DNA of 51,867 nucleotides, the filler included, from Catajapyx aquilonaris (lineage: Eukaryota), in the NCBI GenBank assembly GCA_000934665.2. It is 3 parts of 3 records of this genome, joined end to end, with 100 filler letters (N's around TTAATTAATTAA, not from the genome) between each part and the next. Parts side by side here need not be neighbours in the genome. Positions count along the whole stretch, not along the records: positions 34,660 to 51,867 come from JYFJ02007003.1; 2 more parts are not named here. One strand, given 5' to 3'. Shown here in pieces: positions 49,151-51,867 of this stretch; the stretch's first letter is position 1; every line of letters starts with the position of its first letter. Made by a program: the position numbers and the translations under genes. A model generated the notes under the pieces. It made no database searches and was not told the origin of the DNA. It saw only the letters and a list, made by a program, of their open reading frames with translations.

Positions 49151-51736
49151 GCAACACCAAAGCCCGGTTTCGCCCAGTTTCAACCAGCAGCGGTTAAGAG
49201 ATAACTGAAATTTCATTACTGTTACCGCTTGTCACTCAAATTGAATGTACCTCACAAGTTGGTTGTTACATTTTTGTCAATAAAGAGACTGATAATAATT
49301 CTTACCCATTTATTACATTCATTCATAATACAGTAAAACCTGTCAAGTTGGACACCTTAATATGGTGGACAATATTTTAGGAACTGTCAAAAAGCCTATT
49401 GCCTATCCCTTGCAATGTTGCTATCTATTTTGCCTTCTACCTTGGTCAATGTCTGTGTCAATGTGTCTGTCTACCTTGGATGTCTACCTTGTGTGTTTAT
49501 CTTGCCTGTCTACCTTGTCTATGTGCCTGTCTATCTTAGAAGTTGTCCACTTTTGCCCTCTTAAGTTGGACACGTGCAGACAATTTTCTCGTTTACTCTG
49601 CATGTATTCTCGTTTTCTTCTAAAAACCTGAGCAATTCTGAGATCTGCATACATAATTTGTGAAGCATGTCTTCATGTCTTCAAGTGACATTGTCAGTTG
49701 TATGACAACAGCATCCTGACAACGGAAGATGAATCATATGGTGGCAATGTAGGCCACTTTCAGAAATGGCATGTTCACTGTCCTGTGCTGTACCGAAAAT
49801 AAGAAAACGTGCACTGAAAGTTGATTACTGTACAGTACTTACTCGTATAGGCTATAGGCTATGAGTCAACACGGACATATAAGCAGAGGGCGAGAATAGG
49901 GGGATTAGTAGTATGATTTTGTTTGAATGGTAGGTTTACCTTTTATTGCGAGTTTCTTGCAGGGTTATGCAGCCAACGGAGGCAGAGGATGAACCTGCCT
50001 CCATTTTTCTTCCAGTCCAGGATGAAATTTTTGATATACGTTGGGTCCATGCATTGGAAATGAATGGCCGACGGACACTTGGATGCAGCAACATTCAGGG
50101 GTCCAAGCCTGACCACAATGCAGGCGCGGTTTTTATGTCCATATCGAGCCGAACTGACCGCTCGTGAGATGAAAAGAAGGGAGGGGGAGGGGGGGGAGGG
50201 GGGATGAACCCATCATCCATCCTTCATCGGAGATTTTCCAATTTCGAAGTCCAATTCAGCCCACTGCTGTTGTGTGGCCCAATACTTCATTTCTGATACT
50301 TTCACCCGCCAAGGAATATACAGAGAAGGGAGGGAAAAATTGAACAGGGACGAAAAAAATGCATTCAGTTTTTGATTTTGCCAATCTCGCTGGGATACAT
50401 TATTGCTCGAATTAAATATGACCAATATCGGCAAACTAGCTCAGGTAACTGCAGTACATGATATTGGCCATTTTTGTACTACCAACCGTGAGCAAATATT
50501 CGCGAGTTGATTTAGACACACATGTTCCACCTTTTGTAAGTTGCAGTTTTTTTTCGCGAAATGAGATGTAGCCGTCCCTTTTCCCGAGGCAGTTGCATCC
50601 TGGGCTCTGTCGCCATTTTTCGGTGGAAAAAAAGGAAAAAGGCGGCAATAATTTCTCCCCGCTTTTGTCTGCAGAAATGACGCCCACCGGCTGTGTCTCC
50701 TCCACCTTATTCCCCCTCTCCCCCTCCTTAATTAATTATTCTACCTCTCTCGACTTTCCTAGGGGGAACTCAAATATTCTAAGCAGGTGGATTGGCCTTT
50801 AATTAGAGGAGGGGAGTCGTTTTGGCGACGTTTTCCCAGATCGGATTTAAGCAGTGAGTGTCAAAGTTTTGCGGTAGGTTGAGTCTGAGGGGTTTTAAGA
50901 GGAATCGAGAAAATCAAACTCCCCTTGCAAAGCACCCATGGGTCTAAACACGGAGGAGGTGTTGGCACCAAATAATTTCTAGCACCCGAGGGAATATTAT
51001 AGTCCAGGGGATCGAGTCTGCTGGTGTTGAGCAAAGTTCTGAGGAAACTCTCTCTCTCTCTCTCGGATCGCTCGATTCCTCCTTGCTTTACCCTCCAAGA
51101 AGAGAGGATAGGAGGGGGGGAAAAGCCCTCGACATCCCCCTCCCCTCCTTTTGCTTCCTCGGTGGTGATTTACAAGCAATGCGCAACTTCTCCTGTAGGG
51201 GCCAGATTAGAGTTTCCCTTGTACTACAGGCACTACCGGATTGCTTAGACTCGATGAAACATAGTTCAAACAATAGGTGCAGACAAGGCCAGCCCGAAAC
51301 AGAGTTGGAAGCAACACTTCTCGATTAGTCCCATTCGGTTTAGACCATTCGTATCGAGCACAGTCTGTGCGAATAATATACTCAGCATTACTATAGACTA
51401 TAGGTGGATTTTTAACGAGCTCAACAGAGCGCGCACCCACACTCGCGCAGCTCCACTGTTGTGGAAACAACGCAACGTTGCCAGAGTTACTCCCCAGGGG
51501 ATTATTATGATTACAAAATTAACATGTATTATGATTACAATATTAACATTTATTATGATTACAAAATTAAAATTAAAATTTGCATGACAAAATTAAACTC
51601 CTTTATTACCAATTAAAAATAAAAAGATTATTACACAATAAAAATCATTACTGAATTAAAATTAAAATTTCATCGTTGTAGGATTAAAATTATAATATTT
51701 TTTATTATACGTAGTTACAAACAACTTATAAGTTAA

Positions 51737-51850
51737 CTATCAGCGGAGCCCGTCCTTCGCACGGCCTGTTTCCATGATTATAACCAACAAAAACCCATTG
51801 CCATGGACAAACAAACAGACAAACAAACAAACAAACTTTGCCTTATAAAC
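51737..51850 (-). mobile_element. Possible miniature non-autonomous Helitron
   Basis: The minus strand has TTTATAAGGCAAA followed by (GTTT)n near the 5' side, and a GC hairpin CCGTGCGAAGGACGG followed by ATAG|T at the 3' end. This resembles Lep1-type Helitrons, but the canonical TC and CTAG ends are degenerate. Confidence 0.4.
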
Positions 51851-51867
51851 ACCTGTCACTGAAATAT

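Noticed and set aside
49946..50705. Exon-like segment 49963-50164 and short minus-strand ORFs
   Set aside because: I could not assemble a gene model or recognise any homology.

Overview
This is animal genomic DNA, not prokaryotic. It is probably arthropod, given short spliceosomal introns, a short gudu-type ARMC4 and an intronless divergent ionotropic receptor. The window holds three ~17.2 kb contigs (1-17253, 17354-34559, 34660-51867) joined by artificial N44-TTAATTAATTAA-N44 linkers, so no synteny should be read across the joins. Contig 1 carries a PRR5/Protor homologue, a divergent perilipin-like gene, ARMC4/ODAD2 and the 3' part of DNAJC13/RME-8. Contig 2 is a tandem array of at least five paralogues, plus a pseudogene fragment, of a family I do not recognise. 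The four complete copies each have a first coding exon (MGxxxS myristoylation motif in three, then a polar, mostly acidic disordered tract), a conserved phase-1 intron inside a Gly codon, and an exon for a ~210-245 aa helical/coiled-coil domain. This array is the best candidate for an undescribed system. Contig 3 carries an orphan 4-exon gene, a frameshifted ionotropic receptor and a large Dpy-30-domain protein whose basic central segment looks like an acidic segment read in a shifted frame. MITEs and SINEs (V-domain, Nin-domain) are scattered throughout. All gene models were built by hand from splice signals, reading phase and recalled family motifs; no database searches were run.
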